Virus record (IMG/VR): IMGVR_UViG_2615840722_000002
Coordinates: 3,936 to 67,935 of that record
Reading direction: 5' to 3' (one strand)
DNA: 64,000 nucleotides
Source: a virus
Taxonomy: Duplodnaviria > Caudoviricetes
A program made the position numbers and the translations under genes. Positions 46,510 through 55,181 of the stretch are shown here, piece by piece (within the stretch, counting starts at the first letter, position 1; every line of letters begins with the position of its first letter). The notes under the pieces are model-generated. The model was not told where the DNA came from, did not search any database, and saw only the letters and a program-made list of their open reading frames with translations.

Positions 46510-47997
46510 TCAGCGAGTGGCAGCTACTTCAAGTTGAGTTTGATCTATCATGACGCTTTGTCTGTATTCTTGCGCTTCAGCTAATTTGGTGAATTCGACG
46601 ACTTTATTATGATTCTTTTTTACGATATCCTCTATTTCTTTTAAAGTCACATAGAAAAACTCTTTTCGATGGTTAACCTTATTGACGCTTTTCCTGCGGA
46701 AAGATTTATGTAGTGCATTTTCTAAACTTGGTGCATCTTCGCTAAAAATCATTGCATGTATATCAAAACCGAAAGGGACAGAAGCTCCGCTTAACTCCCT
46801 TATTCGTTCCGTTGGTTCTAACCTTCTGGTCATTCCGATTTTGTAGACATTCTCTCCAAATGAACCGATATTTGAAATAATATAAACATAACCGGCTCGT
46901 GTGTTTTGTTCCCGATTATATACATCCTCTTTGTCTTTTTCGATAAGTACAAGTTTTTCTTCTAGCTCTCTTATTTTTGTTTCTATTAATTCTTTCATAC
47001 TGCCTGTTGCTGTCTCTAATTTTTTCTTTAGTTTATCTATCTCTTGTTTAAAGTGAGTTTCCTCTTTCTCTAATTTCTCTTTAATTTTATTAATCTCTTG
47101 AAGAACACGTTGTTCCTCACGCATCTGCTCTTTTATGCGTCGTTGTTCTTCTCGTTCCTCTTCTTTTTTCTTTTCATACTCATATGCTAAATATAGCTCT
47201 TCTTTTTTTAACTTAAAGTATTCCTGTTTAATTTCAATCTTATTATGCTTATTTACTTTATTTAATGCGTCAAAGGCTTTCTCGATACGCTTTTCAATAG
47301 ATTGGATATTATTGAACTTAACTTTACTAATCGCCGCATCACATTCGTTGTTAAAGGAGCGAATCGTCAATTTTATGTTATTATTATTCATGGCTTTTCC
47401 TTTTTGTTTATTGCCGTCGAGTCGCCAATCATCCGAATGAATAGTAGCCTTGCGATTTTTGACCATTTCCTTTTGTTTGTTCCTGACTGATTCAAGCCTT
47501 TGTTTATACGCTTCGGAATTTTCTAAGTTATATTTTGGTGTATAAAAACCAAATGATTGATAAAGAACTTCATCCTCTAGGACAACTATTTCATTATGTA
47601 ATTCCTTCTTCTTTTGCTCAGCATTATGTACTTCCTTCGTTAACTCACTTATCTCATTCTTTAAATCCACTACCTCTTTCTTTGCATTATCAACTATTCC
47701 CTGCGCCACTTTCCGCAAATCATCTCCCTCTGTTTTAGCGCTTTCAATTATGCCTTTTGCTTCTTTTTCCGCATTACCAATTAGTTCCTGTACCTCTTTT
47801 TGTATTTTGTCTCTCCTTTCTTGTATTCTAACTAAATCACCAAAGCCGCTATCTTCCCACTCTTTTCTTACTATTTGATTTTCTTTATTTTGCCGAATCA
47901 AAAGGATAATACCGATAACTAGTGGAACAACTAAAAACCAAAACATAAACATCAATGCAATAAACCAGCTTGATAAATACCATTTTTGCTCTCTCAT
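46510..47997 (-). CDS. membrane-anchored DUF4041 + T5orf172 (GIY-YIG-like) protein
   Basis: N-terminal TM; RSFNNECD; RAGYVYIISNIGSFGENVYKIGMTRRLEP..RELSGASVPF. Confidence 0.9.
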   Translation of the reverse strand: MREQKWYLSSWFIALMFMFWFLVVPLVIGIILLIRQNKENQIVRKEWEDSGFGDLVRIQERRDKIQKEVQELIGNAEKEAKGIIESAKTEGDDLRKVAQGIVDNAKKEVVDLKNEISELTKEVHNAEQKKKELHNEIVVLEDEVLYQSFGFYTPKYNLENSEAYKQRLESVRNKQKEMVKNRKATIHSDDWRLDGNKQKGKAMNNNNIKLTIRSFNNECDAAISKVKFNNIQSIEKRIEKAFDALNKVNKHNKIEIKQEYFKLKKEELYLAYEYEKKKEEEREEQRRIKEQMREEQRVLQEINKIKEKLEKEETHFKQEIDKLKKKLETATGSMKELIETKIRELEEKLVLIEKDKEDVYNREQNTRAGYVYIISNIGSFGENVYKIGMTRRLEPTERIRELSGASVPFGFDIHAMIFSEDAPSLENALHKSFRRKSVNKVNHRKEFFYVTLKEIEDIVKKNHNKVVEFTKLAEAQEYRQSVMIDQTQLEVAATR

Positions 47998-48269
47998 TAT
48001 TCTCTCCCTTATCTTTTAATCTAATGCTAGTATACGATTATCTAATAAATTCTGGAAATAAAAAACCGAAAATAGCAATATGCCATCATTCGGTTTTTCG
48101 TAGTCGTATTCTGTTTTATTTCATAAGTACAATTTCTTGCAACTTTTTATAAACCTCTTTTGCATTTGGATTATTTTTAAGGCACTCTTTCTTTAGTTCC
48201 AACAAAGCATTACCATCCATGTATGTTAATTCTGTTTCTGTTTTATTCATTGAATGCCCCCTCCCTTTT

Positions 48270-48800
48270 CTATATACTCTCAGCCCCATCTTCAATCAAG
48301 CCTAATACCCCTATTACTTTCCCTATCACGTCGGCTTCACTGGTAACTATCGTTTCCTTTTCATCAGCTTCCAGCATTCTTTGTCTGCCATCGCTATATA
48401 ATCGCCGAATCATCTTACGGCCACCTAAATTAACTAAAGCTATATTCCCATCCTCTACGTTCCTCGTAGGGCGCACAATCACGGTATCTCCTTTCTTGAT
48501 TTTAGACTTTAACATTTCATCGTCCTCTACCAAAAAGTATAAAACCGGATCATGTTTTTTCGCAAAAAATGCACCACTGTTTTTTTCATCTTCAATAATT
48601 TCAATTGCGCGTGGGCTTTTTATATCGCCACGTTTAATATATCCGCGTCGTTCTAAGCGCTCCAAATGGCCATGAACAGTCGAACTGGAGGCTAACCCTA
48701 CTCCCTTTGCGATCTCTCTTGTCGACGGTGAATACCCCTTGTCCGCTTGATAGCACTTGATAAATTTAATAATCTCTTTTTGTCTAGATGAAATTTTCAT
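48270..48800 (-). CDS. LexA-like repressor with degenerate (non-autocleaving) C-terminal domain
   Basis: GYSPSTREIAKGVGLASSSTVHGHLERLE; DDEM in place of GDSM; MIRR in place of TVKR; no Ala-Gly loop. Confidence 0.85.
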   Translation of the reverse strand: MKISSRQKEIIKFIKCYQADKGYSPSTREIAKGVGLASSSTVHGHLERLERRGYIKRGDIKSPRAIEIIEDEKNSGAFFAKKHDPVLYFLVEDDEMLKSKIKKGDTVIVRPTRNVEDGNIALVNLGGRKMIRRLYSDGRQRMLEADEKETIVTSEADVIGKVIGVLGLIEDGAESI

Positions 48801-48852
48801 TTCTACTCCCCTATTTATATTCTTCTCTAAATTTTTTTAACCTCAAAACACA

Positions 48853-48864
48853 GAACACCTGTTC
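48853..48864. promoter_or_regulatory. SOS (Cheo) box
   Basis: GAACacctGTTC 52 bp upstream of the lexA-like gene. Confidence 0.7.
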
Positions 48865-49024
48865 CTAATTCATTTTAATTTTACTGGCGTACATGCAGGA
48901 AAGCAATACCAACTCGCAGTTTGTCACTACTTTCAAGGTACTCAGTCTAATGAAAATACCTAAAATTTATGGTGTTTTTTAAGCTATAATTAACAACGTT
49001 ACATCTTCATAGAGGAGGTTCCCC

Positions 49025-49282
49025 ATGCCTGTCCTCATACAGAGGAGTCGGCTCAAATCTCTTCTGCGCCAGATGGGGAAAACACAACGATGGCTAGCTA
49101 AAAAAATTCATTTTCCCTATCAACGCATTAACGATTATGCGAACGATCGCAGGACGATGCCTATCGAAATCGCGATCAACTGTGCGCGTGCGCTCGAATG
49201 TAGCGTTGAAGAACTTTTTGATTTAGAAGAGGTTTCCCCAGCTGAATGGCGAAGCTGGGTAGCGAGCCGACGTAAAGAGTAG
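49025..49282 (+). CDS. XRE HTH protein
   Basis: TQRWLAKK..RINDYANDRRTM..ARALECSVEELF; GAGGAGG RBS. Confidence 0.8.
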   Translation: MPVLIQRSRLKSLLRQMGKTQRWLAKKIHFPYQRINDYANDRRTMPIEIAINCARALECSVEELFDLEEVSPAEWRSWVASRRKE

Positions 49283-49591
49283 TAGTTGAGAAAACATCTC
49301 TCTCTACTCTCAGGTAGAAAATAGCCGTTATCGGCTACTCCTTATTTTGCCCCTTACTCAAAGGGTTCCTCCCCTTATCCCTTTCCTCTTACACTTTCTC
49401 TCACTCCTATATTCTTCTTTTTCCAATCAGCTTTCTTTTCCGGAAAATTTTTTAAGTGATAGGAATATTTTCTCTATATATACATCATACATGGGTGTGC
49501 AAGCCAAAACCGGAACATGATTGTTTAGTCTTAACTTCTTTTTGTTCCGCTTTTTCCACTTAATTGAAAAATTCTACATCATTCGACAAAA

Positions 49592-50107
49592 TTAGAACTG
49601 ATTTGTCGAACGATTTTCAGGCAATTCCCCAGTTATAACCGCTTTAATTATGAATAACCAGTCTTTTTCTTTAAGACTATCTGCCTGTTCAACGATATAT
49701 TTAATCATCCTATTGTTCACTTTGGTGGAGAGGAAGTCATACTTGAGGATTAGACAGATTCCTGTTAACTGGTAATTGTTGCTCATCTTTTTTTGACGAA
49801 TAACAGCGAAATAACAAGACATCACTTTTTTTGCATTTTGCTGATCACCAGCTTGAAAGTACATATCAGCAATTCGGAAGAGTCTAGATTCGCTTTTTAG
49901 TGATTGAATATATAACTGGCGCATTTCCTTAGGCTTGATGCGTAACACCTTGCATATAGCGTACAAAGTGGCAATTCCAGGGGAGTGCTCATTCTTTTCA
50001 ATTTTTCTATACCATCTTATAGAGATGTTGCATTTTTTGGCGACGTCCTCTTGTGTCATTTTTAACCATACTCTTCGCTTTCGAAAATGAGTTCCTAGCT
50101 CTCTCAA
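49592..50107 (-). CDS. XRE HTH regulator with helical C-terminus
   Basis: MTQEDVAKKCNISIRWYRKIEKNEHSPG. Confidence 0.75.
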   Translation of the reverse strand: MRELGTHFRKRRVWLKMTQEDVAKKCNISIRWYRKIEKNEHSPGIATLYAICKVLRIKPKEMRQLYIQSLKSESRLFRIADMYFQAGDQQNAKKVMSCYFAVIRQKKMSNNYQLTGICLILKYDFLSTKVNNRMIKYIVEQADSLKEKDWLFIIKAVITGELPENRSTNQF

Positions 50108-50251
50108 AACGGCACATCCCTTTTACAGAAAATTTGTCCATCTGTAGAATAGAGGGTTAAATATGTAAGATTCAATAGAAAAACTTTACATTTAGAACGG
50201 TTTGATTTTCTTTTCTTGGTATAAGCATCATTTTTGTTATAGGAGGAAGAC

Positions 50252-51298
50252 ATGAGTAAAGAAAAAAACATCGGGGTTCCAAAATGGGTGAAGGATTCTC
50301 TATCCAACTCATTTCAGCAAGACGGAAAAGAACTAGTGTACATTGTTCCGGTCAAGAAAACGGCTCTCGGTCGTTTTTTTGGCACTGTAAATCAGGATGG
50401 AATAGAAATTTTTGAAGCGACTAATAAGAAAGAATTGAATAAAGTGGACGAGTTGTTTTTTCGGGATTGGGAGTCCGCTTCTGCAGAACACTTCTTCATT
50501 AAGGCACAGTTTATATTTCAAAAGGATTTATTTTCTAAAGAACTGATTGTAGAGGACAAAGCAAAAGAAATCGAAGCAATTATTAGACAGCACGTACCCG
50601 TTCAAGTTACGCAACGTCCTTGGTGGAGGAAGGTAGTAGGGTTTCGTTCAAAAACTAAATGGAAAATGGTTGTGGCCAGTATTGCTTATCTCTATATTTT
50701 CGCGTTAGCTGCTGAATTTTTTAGTGAAAATAAAAAAGACAACGTCCAGACGGCAGCTTCTTCAGTACAACAAGAAGAAAATGCTCAGAATACGCGGGCT
50801 ATGGCGCAAGAAAAGAATGAAGAAACGCCTACTCCTCCCCCACCAGCACAAGAAAAGCAGGAAGAAGTCAAAGCACCGGCCTTGCTTACCCGCTCTGGGG
50901 GATTAGGCGATACATATCAAGCATTTGAAAAACAATATGGGGAGAATGCCGGTACTAAGGATATGGCCAGATTTTCAGGAGATTATATACTCCCTATGTT
51001 TGTTAACGATCGTGCCTGGAATGTACTTGTACAATTTGAAGCAACGGATAAGCCAAGAAGAACATTAGAAGATGCGAATAGCTATGTCCAAAATGTCATT
51101 CCTCTCGATTCTAAGAAAATTAAAAAGTGGAAGTTGGATGGGAACCGGGACGTTGTTATGTACCACAGCCCTTCTCTAGCAAATCTATTTGATCAACAGT
51201 GGTTTGGAGAAGAAAAGCCAGGGACCTTTATTGTTATTTTAAAGCATGATGAGAATGGAATATTCTCTTTCACTGTAGCAACTGGCAATAATCCATAA
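50252..51298 (+). CDS. membrane-anchored hypothetical protein (moron)
   Basis: AGGAGG RBS; GFRSKTKWKMVVAS + TM; Pro/Glu linker; extracellular C-terminal domain. Confidence 0.75.
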   Translation: MSKEKNIGVPKWVKDSLSNSFQQDGKELVYIVPVKKTALGRFFGTVNQDGIEIFEATNKKELNKVDELFFRDWESASAEHFFIKAQFIFQKDLFSKELIVEDKAKEIEAIIRQHVPVQVTQRPWWRKVVGFRSKTKWKMVVASIAYLYIFALAAEFFSENKKDNVQTAASSVQQEENAQNTRAMAQEKNEETPTPPPPAQEKQEEVKAPALLTRSGGLGDTYQAFEKQYGENAGTKDMARFSGDYILPMFVNDRAWNVLVQFEATDKPRRTLEDANSYVQNVIPLDSKKIKKWKLDGNRDVVMYHSPSLANLFDQQWFGEEKPGTFIVILKHDENGIFSFTVATGNNP

Positions 51299-51353
51299 AT
51301 TCAGTTGTTCAAGAAAGTTTATATAACCTAACAAATCTATCAAGGAGGACATT

Positions 51354-52031
51354 ATGAAAAAGATACTTGCACTCATGATCATGCTAGGACTGGTAGCAGC
51401 TCCGCTGTCCGCTTCTGCTCATCCCGGCCGCACCGACGCAAATGGAGGACACACATGCCGGACAAACTGTGCTAAATGGGGATTAAAAGACGGGGAATAT
51501 CACTACCATAACGGAGGCAGCACAAAAACAACGTCTGCCCCTACTACAAAAGCAACGCAACCAGCTCCCGCAAAGGCGACTACAACTAAACCAGCTCAAA
51601 ACAAGCTTCCTGGTACCTTGAAAGTAACAGTTACGAAGGTCGTTGACGGGGATACATTCAAAGCGAAGGTCAATGGCAAGGAAGAAAGCCTTCGTTTGAT
51701 TGGTGTTGATACGCCAGAAACGGTCCATCCAAACAAACCTGTACAACCATACGGCCCAGAAGCTTCCGCTTACACCAAGAAGCGCCTCAATGGACAAACA
51801 GTAACTTTAGAGTTTGACGTTCAACAGAGGGACAAATACGGGCGTCTATTGGCGTATGTATGGTTAGGCAACGCTAAGAATCCGAAAGCTGAAATGTTGA
51901 ATCAGACACTTGTCAAAGAAGGCTATGCCCAGGTTGCAACGTTCCCGCCGAACGTTAAATATACAGATAGCTTTGTAAAACTGCAGAAGCAGGCTCGGGA
52001 TGCTAAGAAAGGTCTATGGGCTGAAAAATAA
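51354..52031 (+). CDS. secreted YHYH-domain thermonuclease (SNase)
   Basis: Signal peptide; HPGRTDANGGH..EYHYH; VVDGDT, RLIGVDTPE, DKYGRLLAY. Confidence 0.92.
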   Translation: MKKILALMIMLGLVAAPLSASAHPGRTDANGGHTCRTNCAKWGLKDGEYHYHNGGSTKTTSAPTTKATQPAPAKATTTKPAQNKLPGTLKVTVTKVVDGDTFKAKVNGKEESLRLIGVDTPETVHPNKPVQPYGPEASAYTKKRLNGQTVTLEFDVQQRDKYGRLLAYVWLGNAKNPKAEMLNQTLVKEGYAQVATFPPNVKYTDSFVKLQKQARDAKKGLWAEK

Positions 52032-52140
52032 AGCAAACTAATAAAACTCCCTGGTATATATACTAGGGAGTTAATTATATACTATTGGCAAATATAAAAA
52101 ATTTGATACTATCCTCTTTAAAAGATACACCGCTCTTTTT

Positions 52141-52674
52141 TTATTTTGGCCACTTATCGTCAACTATCTCGATGCCAGCCCTTTGTATATAGTTGTCATA
52201 GTCATATGTGGAGCCTGACCCATTAATTAATTTAAAGAGTTCATATTTCTTTTTTGGTATTGAATATCTTGTAACCTCATATGTCTTATCATCAATCTCC
52301 CTATCTGGTAAAGGAATAGAGACTCGTCCGCCATCTACCGTCACATAAATATCCCTGTATACTAATGTCCCATTATAAAAGAAATCTATAAAACTACTTG
52401 TCGCCTTTGGATCAGGGAATTTATTTGCCCATTCCTCCATAAAATTATCTCTATGTTCCATTCCCCATGCTAGACTGATTGATAAATCTGTTTTTAATGA
52501 TGCTACTGTACTATGAGAATCGATGTCTAGGCTATGAAATTCATCATCCCCTGTTTTCCAGACCGTAATATTGTTGTAATATGACGGACCACTTCCTCCT
52601 CCCCAACAAACGTTAATTGTCCAATCTTCCTTTTGAGCAGTTAACACTTTGTCCATAAATTCAGTTAAATTCAT
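52141..52674 (-). CDS. hypothetical protein
   Basis: GAGGGG RBS; standalone and AT-rich. Confidence 0.7.
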   Translation of the reverse strand: MNLTEFMDKVLTAQKEDWTINVCWGGGSGPSYYNNITVWKTGDDEFHSLDIDSHSTVASLKTDLSISLAWGMEHRDNFMEEWANKFPDPKATSSFIDFFYNGTLVYRDIYVTVDGGRVSIPLPDREIDDKTYEVTRYSIPKKKYELFKLINGSGSTYDYDNYIQRAGIEIVDDKWPK

Positions 52675-52813
52675 AATTAAACCCCTCTCTAACTTAATTC
52701 AAGAACAAAACTACAAAATAATTCCATTCTCCTTCTAAGCAATTATAAAATGAATGGATAAAATTTACGACGACATTTTCTTGACGTTGTTTTAAATGTT
52801 TTACGATCTTTTG

Positions 52814-53108
52814 TTTTATATGTTTTATATGTTTTATATGTTTTCGGAAGCTTGAACCCCTTGATATTACTAGGTTTATAGAGTCTAACTATCACATAAA
52901 CAGGGTCAACTATCACAAATTCAGGGCGAACTATCACATAAACAGGGTCAACTATCACAAATTCAGGGTCTTAATTATCACAAATTCAGGGCGAACTATC
53001 ACATAAACAGGGTCAACTATCACAAATTCAGGGTGAATTATCACATAAACAGGGCGAACTATCGCAAAAACAGGGTCAACTATCACAAGTTTAAAATTTG
53101 TGATAGTT
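52814..53108. repeat. plasmid origin: AT-rich 9-mers plus 21-bp iterons
   Basis: TTTTATATG x3; AACTATCACA(T/A)A(AA/TT)CAGGG(TC/CG) x9 at 52887-53077; half-iteron with inverted copy at 53078-53108. Confidence 0.93.
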
Positions 53109-53162
53109 CGTCGATAATATATAGTATAATAGAGCAAAAAGATGGCGAAGATGAGGTGTGGC

Positions 53163-54272
53163 ATGAACGCTTTGGAGAAAATAGATGAGAAATTGATCGT
53201 CACCAAATCAAACGATCTGATTGAAGCATCATACCGATTAACCCTTCACGAACAACGCATCATCTGTATACTGGCTGCCAAAATACAGCCAGAAGATACT
53301 GTGTTCCGGACATGCAGAATTGAGGTAGGCGAATTTATCGACCTACTTGGTCTTAAAGGCAAAAGCATACATAACGATATTAAAAAAATCATAAAGGATT
53401 TCGTCTACAAGGGATTCGAGATTAAAAGCGAAGGCGTATATACGGTGAGTTCCTGGTTTGAGTGGGCCAAATATAAAGAGAAGGAAGGGTTCATGGAATT
53501 TAAGTTTTCGGAAGAGCTTATCCCCTTCTTACTGCAGCTCAAGGAACGTTTCACCAGCTACCGGCTAAACAACGTTATACCGCTACGCAGTAGCTACTCT
53601 ATTCGTATCTATGAACTGCTAAAACAATATGCGAATATCGGAGAACGCACCTTTGACTTGGAACATTTGAAGTCTATTCTCGGTATTGAACCAGATGAGT
53701 ACAAGCTATACGGGCATTTCAAGAGCCGAGTTCTTACTTCCGCTCAGAAGGAACTTGATGAAAAGACAGACTTATCTTTTGAGTTTGAAGAATTGAAAGC
53801 CTCTAGAAAAGTTGTTGGGGTCCGCTTTATCATTACCCGAGGAAGGTCAACAAAAGAGATTAACCACATAGAGCCTAAAATCGTTGAGGAAATAGCCATT
53901 GCTTCTCGTTTAAAAGCGTTCGGATTGACTCAAGCACAAATCGAGTACATCCTGAAGACTTATGATGAATCATACATACTGGAAAACCTACATATTGTCG
54001 AGAAAGACTATTTAGCCGGAAGAGTAAAGAATATAACTGGTTATGCTTATAAAGCTTTAGAGCAAGACTACCGGAAGAATAAACCGGAGATAGAAAAGCA
54101 ATTGGAAGGTCAGAAAAGCAATCCTGCTTATGAAGGGATTCCTGAACATATTTTAAGGCAAATGGAGAGACAGAAAGCATTAGAAGCTCAGAGTGGTTCA
54201 GGAAAAGAACCGTCTCGCGAAGAACAGCGTAAACGTGTAAAACAAATGCTCCTTGCGTTCGGAGAAAAGTAG
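53163..54272 (+). CDS. repB: plasmid replication initiator, Rep_3/RepB family
   Basis: KSNDLIEASYRLT..EQRI, FLLQLKERFT.Y, SSYSIRIYELLKQ, FKSRVL..A..EL; adjacent iterons. Confidence 0.93.
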   Translation: MNALEKIDEKLIVTKSNDLIEASYRLTLHEQRIICILAAKIQPEDTVFRTCRIEVGEFIDLLGLKGKSIHNDIKKIIKDFVYKGFEIKSEGVYTVSSWFEWAKYKEKEGFMEFKFSEELIPFLLQLKERFTSYRLNNVIPLRSSYSIRIYELLKQYANIGERTFDLEHLKSILGIEPDEYKLYGHFKSRVLTSAQKELDEKTDLSFEFEELKASRKVVGVRFIITRGRSTKEINHIEPKIVEEIAIASRLKAFGLTQAQIEYILKTYDESYILENLHIVEKDYLAGRVKNITGYAYKALEQDYRKNKPEIEKQLEGQKSNPAYEGIPEHILRQMERQKALEAQSGSGKEPSREEQRKRVKQMLLAFGEK

Positions 54273-54279
54273 GCATAAT

Positions 54280-54310
54280 AATAGCCGCCCTATCCTGGGC
54301 GGCTATTTTG
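54280..54310. terminator. bidirectional terminator
   Basis: AATAGCCGCCC...GGGCGGCTATT. Confidence 0.8.
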
Positions 54311-54332
54311 TTAAGTATTATAAGTTGTATTT

Positions 54333-54740
54333 TTATATAGGTGTTCCTGAAATAAATCCAATAGCCCGAGCTATAGCAATCCCAGCGGCCGAATCACGAA
54401 GCGTATTTGAAAAAAGTGTATACAATGTTTTTGCTCGATCAAGGTTTCCGTTTTTTACAGCTTCTTGAAGTTTTTGAGCGTCTCCTAATGCCTCGTTTCG
54501 TTCAGCTTCATTTGGCAATTTATGTATCTCTTGAATGAAATCCGCAAAAATATCGGGTGATATTCCGGTCTGATTTTTTTCAATTTTTACTTGTGTATTT
54601 TCATTCCCTTGAAAGTTAGTATTATCACCAAGCTGCGCATTTTTAAAAGCGTTACCTGCAAAGATTTGTTTGCCGTCCATTATTGTCATCTCCCCGTTTA
54701 CAACGTAGTAGAGTTTATCAATATTCACTCCAGATTTCAT
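54333..54740 (-). CDS. hypothetical protein: N/G/Q-rich N-terminus, helical C-terminus (cassette gene 3)
   Basis: Best RBS (GGGGAG) precedes MDGKQ at 54680; also in the -1 frame of gene 2. Confidence 0.7.
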   Translation of the reverse strand: MKSGVNIDKLYYVVNGEMTIMDGKQIFAGNAFKNAQLGDNTNFQGNENTQVKIEKNQTGISPDIFADFIQEIHKLPNEAERNEALGDAQKLQEAVKNGNLDRAKTLYTLFSNTLRDSAAGIAIARAIGFISGTPI

Positions 54741-54781
54741 TATATCGAGTACAGATGTTGGTTTTGCATTAACTGTATTAC

Positions 54782-55147
54782 TTACATTATTAGTTGGACT
54801 GATTTCTTTTTTTTTACATGTTTTAAATACCCCGGAAGAAAATTAAATACAATCCAAACTTTATCTAGGCTAGGAATGTATTTGATATCGCATATACTAC
54901 ATGTTCTTATTTCCTCTGTGATTTCTGATAAAGAGTCAACATCATAATCACTATCTCCGTTAGGGCATTCTACTTCGTAATATACTGTTAATTTCTTGCC
55001 TACTAAGTCCAACATATACTCGGTTACAGATTTCAAATCAGTAACACCAAGCCTAGCGCATACATAGTGAGGCGCAAAGTGGGAACGACCTTCAACAGCC
55101 ATTTGTTCCAATATATCTTCTATAAGGAAATATAGATCCTCATCCAC
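54782..55147 (-). CDS. wHTH/Zn-ribbon-like protein (cassette gene 2)
   Basis: YEVECPNG...CSIC; GAGGGGAGG RBS; ends at the A9G run. Confidence 0.75.
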   Translation of the reverse strand: MDEDLYFLIEDILEQMAVEGRSHFAPHYVCARLGVTDLKSVTEYMLDLVGKKLTVYYEVECPNGDSDYDVDSLSEITEEIRTCSICDIKYIPSLDKVWIVFNFLPGYLKHVKKKKSVQLIM

Positions 55148-55181
55148 CTTGAAGCCCTCCCCTCATACATAGAATCTTGGC

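Noticed and set aside
52887-53088. CRISPR-like repeat array
   Set aside because: Repeats are contiguous 21-mers with no unique spacers, next to rep and with no cas genes: these are iterons
52743-53206. ORFs 52743..52958 and 52955..53206
   Set aside because: They are translations of the iteron repeats (IVDPVYV) with no RBS
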